From NCBI GenBank assembly GCA_051942245.1, contig JAVECL010000241.1, forward strand, positions 1-33,791: DNA of 33,791 bases, in the 5' to 3' direction. The position numbers were made by a program, and so were the translations under genes. This document shows, piece by piece, positions 23,241-33,791 of this stretch (within the stretch, counting starts at the first letter, position 1; every line of letters starts with the position of its first letter). The notes under the pieces were generated by a model. That model searched no databases. It had not been told where the DNA came from and saw nothing but the letters and a program-made list of their open reading frames with translations. This stretch comes from Trypethelium eluteriae. Taxonomy: Eukaryota.

Positions 23241-23567
23241 GTCTGATATATTCTCAAGTCTCGAATGGAGGTGTAATCAAGCGCTGAGTTGTTGACGTTG
23301 TAGTGAAAAAGAAAATGCTCGTCCAAGAGGAGAGCCAGATACAGGTCTAGAAGTCTATGGGGAGGCAAGGCGACGAGGAGAAGGTACCAAGGTCGTGGGG
23401 ATAACGAAAGCGGCGACCGAACCACGGAACCAAGTCGCGCCGCGGTGAAAAGAAGCTCCGAAGCCGAAGCTTCAAAGCTTCCGGATGCAATCACGTCTCC
23501 CGGTCATTGAATGAACTTATTTTCTTCCAGCACAAGCAAATAACGTTTTCTCACCTAACGCATCATA

Positions 23568-23893
23568 ATGTTTGGAGGACGTATGTATTACGCCACTACA
23601 GAACTTCCTGTACACCAGCTAATATCCGCATAGCTCCTCCTCCGCCCAGCAAGGCCGAATTAGAGGTACCGAGAAACCTAAATCTTTCGCTCCAACCTTC
23701 AAGTCCAATCCCACTAATTCAATTGCTGTTTTGACCAGGCACAAGAAGCTAAAGCGGGGCAAGAATTACAACTAGCTGCTCTTACTTGTGCAGTTCTCTA
23801 TCTCTGTGCGTTCAGAAGCTTTCTCGTTCTTGGACATGTGCTTACTAGTGCTCAGCGCCTTTCGCTTTTGACTACCTCAGCAAGCTCGTCTGA
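23568..23893 (+). CDS. TOM5: Mitochondrial outer membrane translocase subunit Tom5, 49 aa
   Basis: Exons 23568-23580, 23634-23665, 23739-23805, 23856-23893 with three canonical introns give MFGGPPPPPSKAELEAQEAKAGQELQLAALTCAVLYLSPFAFDYLSKLV. This matches the fungal Tom5 pattern (MFGG..S.EEL..LYLSPF..D). Confidence 0.92.
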
Positions 23894-24088
23894 TCTCACT
23901 TCACGCATTACTTGGCCATTCGACACACACATTAGAGACTGGACAAGGAAAAAGCATGCAACGTACAAAGCTGTAAAAATAGCACTTCAAAGCCGCTCCA
24001 TGTAACTATATTGTACAGTAATAGAGGCAGACCTTGATAATTGTACCGGTCTTCAGTCAACTCTCGTGTAATTGAGCTCCTTCGCATC

Positions 24089-25393
24089 TCAGCTCCCATT
24101 GAGCTCGGCCCCTGGCTTTGTACTCTTCTCCCATTGTTCGAAATCCGTACGAATCTGATCAACCTCCTTTCTCAGGTGTGACAGCTGAGAATCGTAGTCG
24201 CTCAGGATCTAGTGGAACCGTTAGCCTCTCAGTCGGTCTATATATCAGTGCATAAAACTCACCTTCTTCGTCTTTTTGATGACCTCTTCATCTAAGCCCT
24301 CATCCTCTCCATTCCCTACCTTCTTCCCCAATTTCTCCGACTCTTCCTGTATGACCCTCGTCCGCTCCCTCATGCTCACCATCCTCGCCCAAATCTCCTC
24401 CTGCCTACCACTCATCCCTGGGTCAAACACACCTTTCTCCAACCCCACTAATCTCTTCCGTAACTCCTCCTCCGCACTATCCATCGCATACCCCCGGTTC
24501 CTCAGCACCTGCACCTTTGCCGCCAGCGCCAGACACCGTTGCGCAAGCGCAGCATGTTTTCTCTTCGCATCCGCCGCTCTCACCGAAATCACGAGGTCGT
24601 GCTCCTGCATCATGGCCGTGAGACTGTTATTGATCTCGTGCAGCCGTGTCTGCAGCGCCGTCACAGCAGCCACTTGGATCTTGAGGCGCTCGCCCATGGC
24701 AGCGAAGCCACGACCGAGCACCGGGACCGAGCCCTCAGACGGCTTCTTGGCGAGCGCTTCCTCCCACTTCTTTTCGTCCTCGCCGGGGCCGGGGGTGTAG
24801 TACGGGACGTATTCGGGTGCGACGGAGTTGTAGAAGTAATACTGAAAGACGCATTCTGGGGAGTCGGGCGACCATTTTTTGAGCATGGTTTCCATCTGCT
24901 CCGGTATGGTTTTTTCGCCTGCCAATGGAGAAGTGAGTTAGATTCGTGGGGGACGGGACATGGAAGGGGAGAGAATAGACTTACGAGTACTGAGGCTACT
25001 TCCGGGGTTCCATCCTAGCCTCGACTGCTGAAGTGCAAGCTGATTCTGTGATGCTCCAAGTATCGACCCACCAAAGACGCTTGCACCTTGCTGGAATTGT
25101 GACGTGTTTTGCTGCGGTTGCTGTGGTTGCTGCGTCGCTCCGAAGAGACTGGTCGATGGCGCCGGTTGCGCTGGCGCACCGAAAACACTTCCACCTTGTG
25201 GCTGTTGTGATGCTTGTTGCTGCTGTCCAAAACTAGAGAATAGATTTGAGCCTTGCTGCTGCTGAGGCTGTGAAGTCGAGGTGCCGAATATGCTAGAACT
25301 CTGCTGCGGCTGAGACTGTTGCGACTGAGAGCCTCCAAAGCTACCGAAGGTATTTGGCTTGTTGCCAGTGCCGAAATTGCCAAAGAGCGCCAT
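24089..25393 (-). CDS. NUP57: FG nucleoporin Nup57/Nup54 (Nup44), ~394 aa
   Basis: Exons 25393-24985, 24918-24263, 24208-24089. Q-rich FG repeats (SIFG, SLFG, SVFG); KWSPDSPECVFQYYFYN; coiled coil with KVQVLRNRGYAMDSAEEEL. Confidence 0.9.
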
Positions 25394-25692
25394 GGAAGAC
25401 GCGTCGAAAGGACGCAGAGAATAATTAGAGGTGCAACGGCTTGTGTAGGTTTAAGAGTTTGAGAAAGGTCAGTTGCTGACTATAGAAAAGATTGTGTTTT
25501 GAGACTGTGAGTGACGTGAAGTATTTTATGCGGCGTGCGTTCATAGAATGGTCGTGTTGTGGTGTGTTTCTCAGTTTGAGCTCAGTGGACCGAAGAAAGT
25601 GGAGGACCCCTGTCATTGCCCTTCACCTCAACCTCCACCGAGCTCCCTGTGGAGCTCACTTTGGACTGCAGCAACGCAAACTTCTAGCCAGA

Positions 25693-26363
25693 ATGGCCGC
25701 AAGACAGCCCAGGTGGGTGCTCGTGAATTCTTCACATGTGATTATCAAGCCACAAGTGACTTACGTGTGCTTCAGGTTCAACCAACAAGTCCTCATCGAC
25801 ACAACTCCCCTCCCGGATGACATACCCAAAGTCAAAGAGATCGGGGCTAGCTCTGCCCCGCTAATGAGCGCTTCTTTCTTCATCGGAGCAAGATGCAAGC
25901 CTTATAACGATGACTACATGGTCTGCAAGACTGAGGCGAACGGAAAGGGTGAGCTAGAGTGCATGAAGGAAGGAAGGAAAGTTACAAGATGTGCTGCAAG
26001 TGTGTACGTTATAACTTCAGCGAGCTTCAATCGATGTTCGGAATGCTCACGAACTTTTGCTTAGGCTTGAGGACATCAACAAGTATTGTCTCGAAGATTT
26101 CAGGAAGCATTGGCAGTGTTTAGACAACAATAATCAGCAGTTATGGCAGTGTCGGTCAGCAGAGCGGTCACTAAATAAATGCGTTTTTGACAACTTGGTA
26201 TATGCATACTCCCTTGTTTTTGCCTTCATATTTTCTTTTCAAGCACCGAATACTGATAAATGCAAACCAGAAATTAGAAAAAGTTATACCAGGAGCACCA
26301 GAAAACGAAGTGCCAGTGCATCTCAGGAAACGGCAAATATTTGCGCATCCCGGACGACATTAG
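25693..26363 (+). CDS. NDUFA8: NADH:ubiquinone oxidoreductase 20.8 kDa subunit (NDUFA8, twin CX9C), 157 aa
   Basis: Exons 25693-25712, 25776-26003, 26065-26197, 26271-26363. EIGASSAPLMSASFFIGARCKPYNDDYMVCK; CMKEGRKVTRCA; four CX9C pairs. Confidence 0.95.
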
Positions 26364-26541
26364 ACCATTTTTACAGCATCTTACATGCGTCTTCAACATC
26401 ATCAAAAGACTATGTATATATATCACAGGTGCAATGGAGTCATATCAAGAACTTCGTCCGTTCATTTCCTATATTCGCTTAATGAAATAGACCTCAACAC
26501 GACTTGCTCAGGAAATTTCGCAAAGACAATAGAGACAAGCT

Positions 26542-28236
26542 TCAGGATCGTCCACGGTCTTTTGTAATTTTCACTCTGAGACCCTTTGATTGCCTAGACG
26601 TGTGCCCCACAAAACAATCCCGTGTCGGCTTAAGGTCTCTCTCGTAAACGACATCGTGAAGCGCGAATTCAAAACGGCGGAATAGCGCGGCAATCGTTAT
26701 GTTAATTTCCGCAGCTGCGAGACTGGATTACTTGTCAGCTGTCTGTTGGCGTAGTGGTAGGAGGATCTGGCACGATAGAAAGAAAAGGAAGCGCACTTCA
26801 TTCCTAAACAGTTCCTTGGGCCCCTCGAAAAAGGCCAGAAATGTTTTTCCATGTCGTTTTCTGTGCCGAGCCAACGATCTGGATCGAAAGTGTCTGGGTC
26901 TTTGAAGTTATGAGGGTCCAGGAACAAGAGGCGCTGATTCAAGCTAATGGGAGTCTTGTAAGAAAGGGAATGTCAGCCAGCTTTCCTTTTGCGAGGAACG
27001 TGAATGAAAACTCACTCCAGCAGGGATTATTGTGTTTTTATACTGCAGCGCTTCGTCTGGTGCTATCTGCGTAAGTCGAGTTGTTAGCAACGCTGCGATA
27101 CGCAAGCCTTCCTTGATCACGGCTTTTAAGTAAGGCAGACTCTCGAGGTGATTCCATTCACCGAGCACCATGGGATCCGGTATCGCCTCCTCAAGCTCCG
27201 TCCTCAGTCTTGCGTGGATCTTTGGGTTGATGATAACATAGTACAGTAGGGTCATCAAGATTCTCGACGACGTCTCTGCCCCAGCAATAACCAGCACAAA
27301 CCCCTCATCAAATAGACGTCTAACGCTTTTTTCGGACTCGGGCAAGTCGCTGTTCACAAGCTCATGGAGTATAGTTCTTCTCTCCCGGCTAGGTTTTCCA
27401 TCATACGCGCCCCGATGTTCTTCCGTAACCTCCAACGCCTTTTGAAAGACGTCAGATTTCAAGCCCGCATATGCTGTCGTGCTGGGGGCGATTCTGTCTG
27501 TGGCCCACTCCGGTAGAGCTTGCAGTACATTTCCTAGCCAAGGAAGTGGTTTCGATACTTGAAAGAACTCGAACAGATCGTCCATGACTTTGTGCCAGTG
27601 TATCCAAGACCGCTGGGGTTCATCGAGACAGCCAAAAGCTTTACCATACGAGTATCCGCTGATGACATCCATGGTTAGCGCAATGAATGCCGCATCAATC
27701 TTAATGATCTCGTCATTCTCCGCGCACTTCGAGAGTTGCCCGCACAGTTTCTCTATTTCCTGCTTGATGATTGGCTGCAGCTCGGTCACCGACCGTTTTG
27801 AGAAGAATGGATTCAGTGCGTTTCGTCGCTTGCGATGTAGTTCATGTGATACCGTGGCGAATGTTGAGAAAGGCGTATCGCTTCCCCTAGCCTGTGGGTA
27901 GTGCTTTTCCCTTCTGGCTTTTCCGCTACTGGTGAACAATGTGCTGTACCATGTGATGTCGTTGACCTGAACTTCACTGGGATTGATGCGGATGATTGGG
28001 CCGTAAACTTCGTGTAGCTTTTTGGTATGGAAGACATATTGGCCCTGCGGCGCCTTGATTAGGTTGAAATACAGTTCGTAAAGATAGGTACAAGCAGCGA
28101 GCTTAGGCCCAGGTATGTGGGCAAGAGGGTGGAAGAATAGACGATAAATGACTACGATTGATGCATAGAGGATGTAAGCGACGAGAAAAAGAAGCAGAGT
28201 GGATGAGATCGTTGCTACGATTGGAAGTGGAGCCAT
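26542..28236 (-). CDS. Cytochrome P450, CYP58/trichodiene-oxygenase-like, ~519 aa
   Basis: Exons 28236-27016, 26954-26797, 26722-26542. YRLFFHPLAHIPGPKLAA; YGPIIRINPSEV; HELHRKRRNALNPFFSK; AGAETS; EGLR; FDPDRW; FSRGPRNCLG. The ATG at 28236 precedes the TM anchor. Confidence 0.93.
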
Positions 28237-28732
28237 TGAACTTAATGTCTGCGAATTAGTATCTAGTAAATCCACAAAAACCAGCTCAAGTGCATTCGTA
28301 AAGCATCTCGCTACGACTGGGACATATCTGACCTTTGTACATTTGGACCAAGGCAGCGTTCTACTGTATCTCACACCGATTGGAATAAAGTACTCTCTTG
28401 AACCTGGATCTTCGGAATTGCCGAAAATGTCCACCTGCCTATAGTCTTCGCACACCAGGCCAAATCCATGCGGTCAAACTGTAATGAACGCACAGATGGA
28501 GCTACCAGAACCTCGGAGAGTCGGCTGACCTCAATATGTGACGCAGTATTAGGACACAGTACCATTGGACTGACCCTGGTTTTGGAGAAAGGTTGGAGAC
28601 CAGTCTTTAGTACGCTGTGCGTTTGGAAGGGAAAGTGGATGCAGGACGCCGGGACTGGTAATCCGCTTCGACACAAGAGAAGATCGTTGGGTAAGAATTA
28701 TTATTTATACGGTCGCCGCGCTTACAGACAAG

Positions 28733-29804
28733 CTACAAGCTGATCTCACCCTTCCAAGTCCCTTCTGTCAGACCCAAGGTTTCAATACAATGTTGCCACC
28801 TTGGGCCTCCCCTCTCCTTCCTTCTTAGATAAGCCAAGAGCTTCTGTCGTCTGTGCACCAATAACCTCAAGTTTCGCTTATTCATCTTATCCGTTTTACC
28901 ACGTGTCTCCAAAAAATTCGCTAGTGTTCGAATCTTGGCGGTAAGGATTCCAATCTGCACTTCCGACGAGCCTGTATCCGGCCCAGCTCGTGGTGTGTCT
29001 GGAAGCATGCCGGGCGAAAACTGCGGACTGGGGTTGTCGGCGGCGGCGATTGGCTGAGCAGGATTGCGGGGAGGAAGGAACTTGTCCGTCTCATGACGGC
29101 CAAAGGTCGAGACGCAGCGGGCGACATTGGCACGGAGACGATCCTTGGAGCTCGCATTCGTCAAGCTGGTGATACGTGAGAGAGCTTCGACAGCATTTGC
29201 ATGTTTGGCGGCGTGTTCTTTCATGGTCTTCTCCTTTTCGATCTCTTCGTGTCTCCAATCTGGTAATCCCACATATGGGATGGGTGCAGAAAGTGTTTCG
29301 GAGTGGGCTAGAGAATTATGAAGTTCCTGCGGAGCCAAGGAATAATTTAGATGATTTTCCTGCTGGGCATCAGGACCGGGCGGAGGTCGGGAACGGCCAT
29401 CAGATTCAGTCTCTTTTGAAATCGCTTCACCTGTAGGCTCTGGAGATGGAGGGAGTCCTGTATCGAAGGATTGAACGAACGGAGTTGTTATTCCCCTGAC
29501 TGGATTGCCCAATGCTGCAGCTCGCTCCTTCTTGAGGACTTCTTGTCGTGACAAGTTTGCTGCCTTTCGAGCCTTTGCCTGTGCTGTCGCATAGGGATCT
29601 CGATGTTTCCGCCGTTGCGCGACCGTTGATGCATTTCGAGAAGATGCGGTGACGGTCGACTTCAATGTTGGACAGGAACTAGCATGGGATGGAGCCACTG
29701 AGAAGCCTTGCAGTCATTTAATGAGATTGATCATTGCACATAGAGATGACAGACTTACCATTCAGAGCTCTCAAGCATGACAGTAACGAGATTCGAGGAG
29801 TCAT
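28733..29804 (-). CDS. MRPS28: Mitochondrial small-subunit ribosomal protein uS15m, ~339 aa
   Basis: Exons 29804-29759 and 29706-28733. Presequence-like N-terminus; S15 motif [16 protein letters not shown]...[25 protein letters not shown]. Confidence 0.92.
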
Positions 29805-30026
29805 CCCAGATATCCCAATCTTCCAAACTCCAGATCCCGCTCGAGTACGAAAATTCTCAAGCGAAGCTCCAAACGATCAAAGCCGAAAGTAGTACGTTCT
29901 TCGGCCAATGCACGGATCAAAGTTTTGGCGAGCGCCGAACTTCTCGGCCTTTGCTCCCCACCAAATTGTAGAAAATCCCCTCCGGCTACAAAATTCCCAT
30001 ATACAACAAATTGTTGCTCATTCAAG

Positions 30027-31105
30027 ATGGCACCGGCCAACCTACCACCGGCATTCAATGCCACCTCGCAAGACATTGAAATGCTGTTGGCCGCAAGCTG
30101 CCATCTTGGCTCCAAGAACTTGCAAGTTCACATGGAACCCTATCTATGGAAGACTCGCCCTGACGGTATCAATGTAATTAACCTTGGCAAGACTTGGTAT
30201 GTTCACAATCTGTCTCTCGCTATAACCAATTTCTTGCGGTCCATATCATGTGGCGTCCGTTATCTTCTCAACTAGCTCAGCCTCGACATGCAAATAGATC
30301 AAAAGCACAGGAGTATTCTCAGACTGACAGACATCCAAACAGGGAGAAAATTATTCTCGCAGCCCGCATCATCGTTGCCATTGACAACCCCGCCGACATC
30401 TGTGTCATCAGCGCGCGCCCTTACGGTCAACGTGCCGTCCTCAAATTCGCCGCTCACACCGGCTCTGTCGCCATCGCCGGCCGCTTCACCCCGGGTAACT
30501 TTACCAACTACATAACCCGCTCCTTCAAAGAGCCCCGGCTCATCATCGTGACGGACCCGCGCACTGACGCCCAGGCCATCAAGGAGGCCTCCTACGTCAA
30601 CATCCCCGTCATCGCCCTCACCGACACCGACTCTCCAACCGAGTACGTCGACGTCGCCATCCCGACCAACAACAAGGGCCGCCACGCCATCGGCCTCGTC
30701 TGGTGGATGCTCGCCCGCGAGGTCTTGCGTCTCCGCGGCACCATCGCCTCTCGCGAGACCGAGTGGGACGTCATGACGGATCTTTACTTCTACCGCGATC
30801 CCGAAGCCGAGGAGAACAAGGACGCGACTGGTGCGGATGAGTCCAAGGTGCCGGGTGCGGATGAGGCAGGGCCGGCGGCTGTCGATGCGGGATTCACGAA
30901 TGATTGGGAGGTTCAGGGCGGTCCGACGGGTGGTGCGTTTGCGGCGCCGTCGGGGACTGCTGGTGGGGCTGCGGGTGCGAGCTGGGATGCGGATGGTGCA
31001 GATTGGGCTGCTAGTGGGACCGCGGTGCAGACTGGCAATGAAGGGTGGGGCGAAGGAGGACAAACTTCGGAGGGAGCTGCTGGCGGTGGTGGTGGTAACT
31101 GGTAA
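30027..31105 (+). CDS. RPS0: 40S ribosomal protein S0 (uS2), 310 aa
   Basis: Exons 30027-30196 and 30343-31105. [56 protein letters not shown]; acidic, Trp-containing tail. Confidence 0.98.
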
Positions 31106-31477
31106 ACTCAAAACGGAGGACTTGTTGCGAGTCGCGAGCTGTCGTGAGGCGTGGGAATTGGGTATCGCGAGATCAATGATCGCTGCAGGAAGACAGCTGA
31201 CAGCGCTTACGAGGGAAAGATATCCAGCTGGTTTAGCCGCTTGCTGGGGGAAAGCCCTGTGCTGTCAGCCGGGATTGTACTTAACCGTTGCCCCTTTCTA
31301 AGCGATCAAAACAGAAAAGAATCAGATACCATTGCCCTCATACCATCCAAATTAACTGAGACATAGCCGCCCATACTCAAATCTTGCTTCCTTTCCCTCT
31401 CATATGACCAGTGCAATCGTTATCTATTATCTATCAGCCTCCAATCCCATGACGCCAAATCAAACGGCAAGGATAAT

Positions 31478-33227
31478 CTAATACACACTCCCTCGCACAC
31501 TCTTATCCCTCATCTCCGCCAACTCCACCTCACTCACCGCCGACCGTCCCGTCCCCGGTGTCTCCTCCCCACCAGTGTCCACATCACTACTCTCCGTCTG
31601 ATCCCCCAGCGCATCCGCCCGCGCTCCACTGCCCATCCCCGACTCCTCCGCCCACTCCTGCTCCTGCTCCTCCGTCGTCTTGCCCGCTCCGGCTCCGCCC
31701 CTACCCACCCCATCTTTCTGCTTCAGCTTCTTCGATAGCGCGCCCAGATTCATGGGTACGCTAGCGCCAACGCCCACACCTCGCCGCCCGGCATGTGCCT
31801 TGTTCCCCGTCTCGGAGCTGAAGTAGTCCGAGTCGTCGCTCAGCACGTCGGCCGGCGTCACGGCGCCGGATCGCGAGCCCCCGAAGTCGCGACCGAGCCG
31901 TAGGACAGAGGGACGGTGGGTCCGTGGGTGCATGTGGTGGGGGAGCCGTAGGAGTCGCGCGTCTGGAGCATCGGGCGAGATAGGGGACGATTCGCCGGAG
32001 GCGTCGTCGTCGGCAGGAGTACCAGTAGAGGAGGCATCTTGATCAGCTTTGAGGTCGGGGATGTGATCGTTAGAATGGGCGTTCGTGGTGGTAGGCTCAG
32101 AGGAGGTGACGTTGAAGATTTTAGGGGTTGGTGCGTCGCCTTCATTGGTCTTAGGGGCGATAGGGTGGTCACTCTTTTCGTTACTTTCAGGGATGGTGGC
32201 AGCAGGCTGTTGGAAGTCTTGCGTGTTTTGGCGACGAGTACGGCGGGGGAAGTTCATTTGGTGATGATTGCAGCCTTGGGCGCAGCCGCCCCATTTGCGG
32301 ACGGCAACAGGGGAATGAGATTGGGTTGCTGGCGTTATGTTCTTGCTGCTTATGCTATTCCTTGGGGCTTCGTTGGCGGCAGCGCGGCGCTTGAGTTCAG
32401 ACCAAGTGCGGAGTTCGTTTTGCAGAGCGTATTTGCCATTATCCTCGTTCCGTTTCATTACGATGAACTCGCAGTGGTTGATGTTGCGCAAGTCTTCGAA
32501 ATATTCTACGCTCCAGTGATACCTAAAACCGTTGTTAGTGTACAATTATGTGGGGGACATCTCTCCACTCACCATTTCATTAAGAATACCCGTGTCATCA
32601 GACCATGCGTAACGAGTACACAAACACTGGGAAAGTCCTGCTCTCCAAAGCTTCGCCAAAGGCTCTCATTGAAACCGCTAACTCTATCATATGCATCTGC
32701 GGCGCTCTCTCCGTTGGGTATCCTGTAAAAGAAATGACCATAGTCGGCTCTCTCCTGCCACATCCTCTCCATCTCTGCTGAGCACGGTTGAAAGTTTCCA
32801 AAATCTTGTTCGCGAAGCCTTGGCTCTTCATATACTTTGACAGCATGTCGAGGGAACGGCGAGGGAGTGCCGTCCTCGCCGCAGAGAGATTTTAGGATAC
32901 CTTCGGTGGTCTCGCGAGTTCGGCGATAAGGAGAAGTGAAAAACTGTAGAGTGTCATCCGGGCGAAGCAAGCCTTTGAGGCGACGGCCAGCTTCTTCTGC
33001 CTATTACGATCAGTATCTAGAATGTCACTTTGATTTGCATAGAGGCCGTACCTGGTTCCGACCTTCTTGAGTGAGTTTGACACGATGATCAGGGATCATC
33101 TGGTGAACCTCCCGGTTCTTGTTCCCCTCTGATTGGGCATGGCGCACCAAAATAATCATCTGCAGTCATAGTCAACAAAGCGAACATATAAGCCAGAATA
33201 GTAGGAACATACACGTGGTTTCCCCAT
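31478..33227 (-). CDS. DET1: Histidine phosphatase / phosphoglycerate mutase family protein (Det1-like), ~531 aa
   Basis: Exons 33227-33213, 33159-33052, 33000-32573, 32522-31478. MGKPRMIILVRHAQSEGN; TSPYRRTRET; EEPRLREQDFGNFQ; GESAADAYDR; VTHG; long disordered C-terminus. Confidence 0.9.
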
Positions 33228-33780
33228 ATTGTATAGGAATGTTGACAGTGCAAAGACACGGTTGTTGAACCCGTGGTTAAGAGCGGCCTCGACTCCGCGT
33301 GGCGTGTCCGCTTTCCATCTCACTCAAGTACCTACATGTGCACACCAATCAATCGGCGGCTCACGCAGAAGCAGCAAATGAAACGTGCGCTGCCGTAATA
33401 GACCAAAAACAACACACTCGGATTGGACTTTTCCCGAACCTCTCCATCTCAGTGATCTCTTCCTCGCCGGCGGATTGTCGGCAGAATTTCCATTTCGCCA
33501 AGTCTCGTCCGTTCCGTCGCAAGTGTGGCAGCACGTTAGTATCTCATTAATTACAGCCACGATCTTACAGCTCGCTCAAAACTATCCTTCAGCCTCCGAG
33601 GCAAATCTCTCTCATTTCCAGTATCTCGCTTTTCGAACCTGGCAAAGAGGATCAAGCGCCACAATTCCAGCTAAGAATCCTCACGAGCTTAACTCAAACG
33701 CCTAGAAACCTCGATACTCTTGCTGTCAACAGCCACTACGAAGGACCTCCTTAACTTCACCTCTCAACTCTTAATCAACC

Positions 33781-33791
33781 ATGTCGGAGCC
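33781..33791 (+). other. Possible start codon of the next gene (divergent from DET1)
   Basis: TCAACC-ATG-TCG in good initiation context after a C/A-rich leader. Only 11 nt are visible. Confidence 0.3.

Noticed and set aside
23739..23791. Hairpin GCACAAG/CTTGTGC as a possible H/ACA snoRNA
   Set aside because: Lies within TOM5 exon 3, and the H and ACA boxes are not properly positioned.
28237..28455. In-frame N-terminal extension of the CYP58-like ORF
   Set aside because: Starts at GTG. The ATG at 28236 directly precedes the membrane anchor, as expected for a P450.

Overview
Eukaryotic DNA from a filamentous ascomycete (Pezizomycotina-style short GT-AG introns with CTRAY branch points). I reconstructed 13 spliced protein genes by hand, and the exon sums of the 12 complete models are divisible by 3. 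In order: DEG1/PUS3 (partial, -), a GPI-type GH13 amylase/transglycosylase (-) divergent from an alpha-1,3-glucan synthase (+), a HeLo-like/NB-ARC/TPR fungal NLR (-), a CYP52-clan P450 (+), then a compact housekeeping block IWS1(-), TOM5(+, four micro-exons, missed by the ORF track), NUP57(-), NDUFA8(+), a CYP58-like P450 (-), MRPS28(-), RPS0(+) and DET1(-). The most notable unannotated signal is a ~650-nt densely base-paired + strand region (1401-2048) next to the DEG1 start. It has the P1/P2/P4/P19 topology and CR-IV/CR-V motifs of RNase MRP RNA, but a non-canonical CR-I and a greatly expanded multi-hairpin second domain. All pairings were found by eye; no folding or database search was run.
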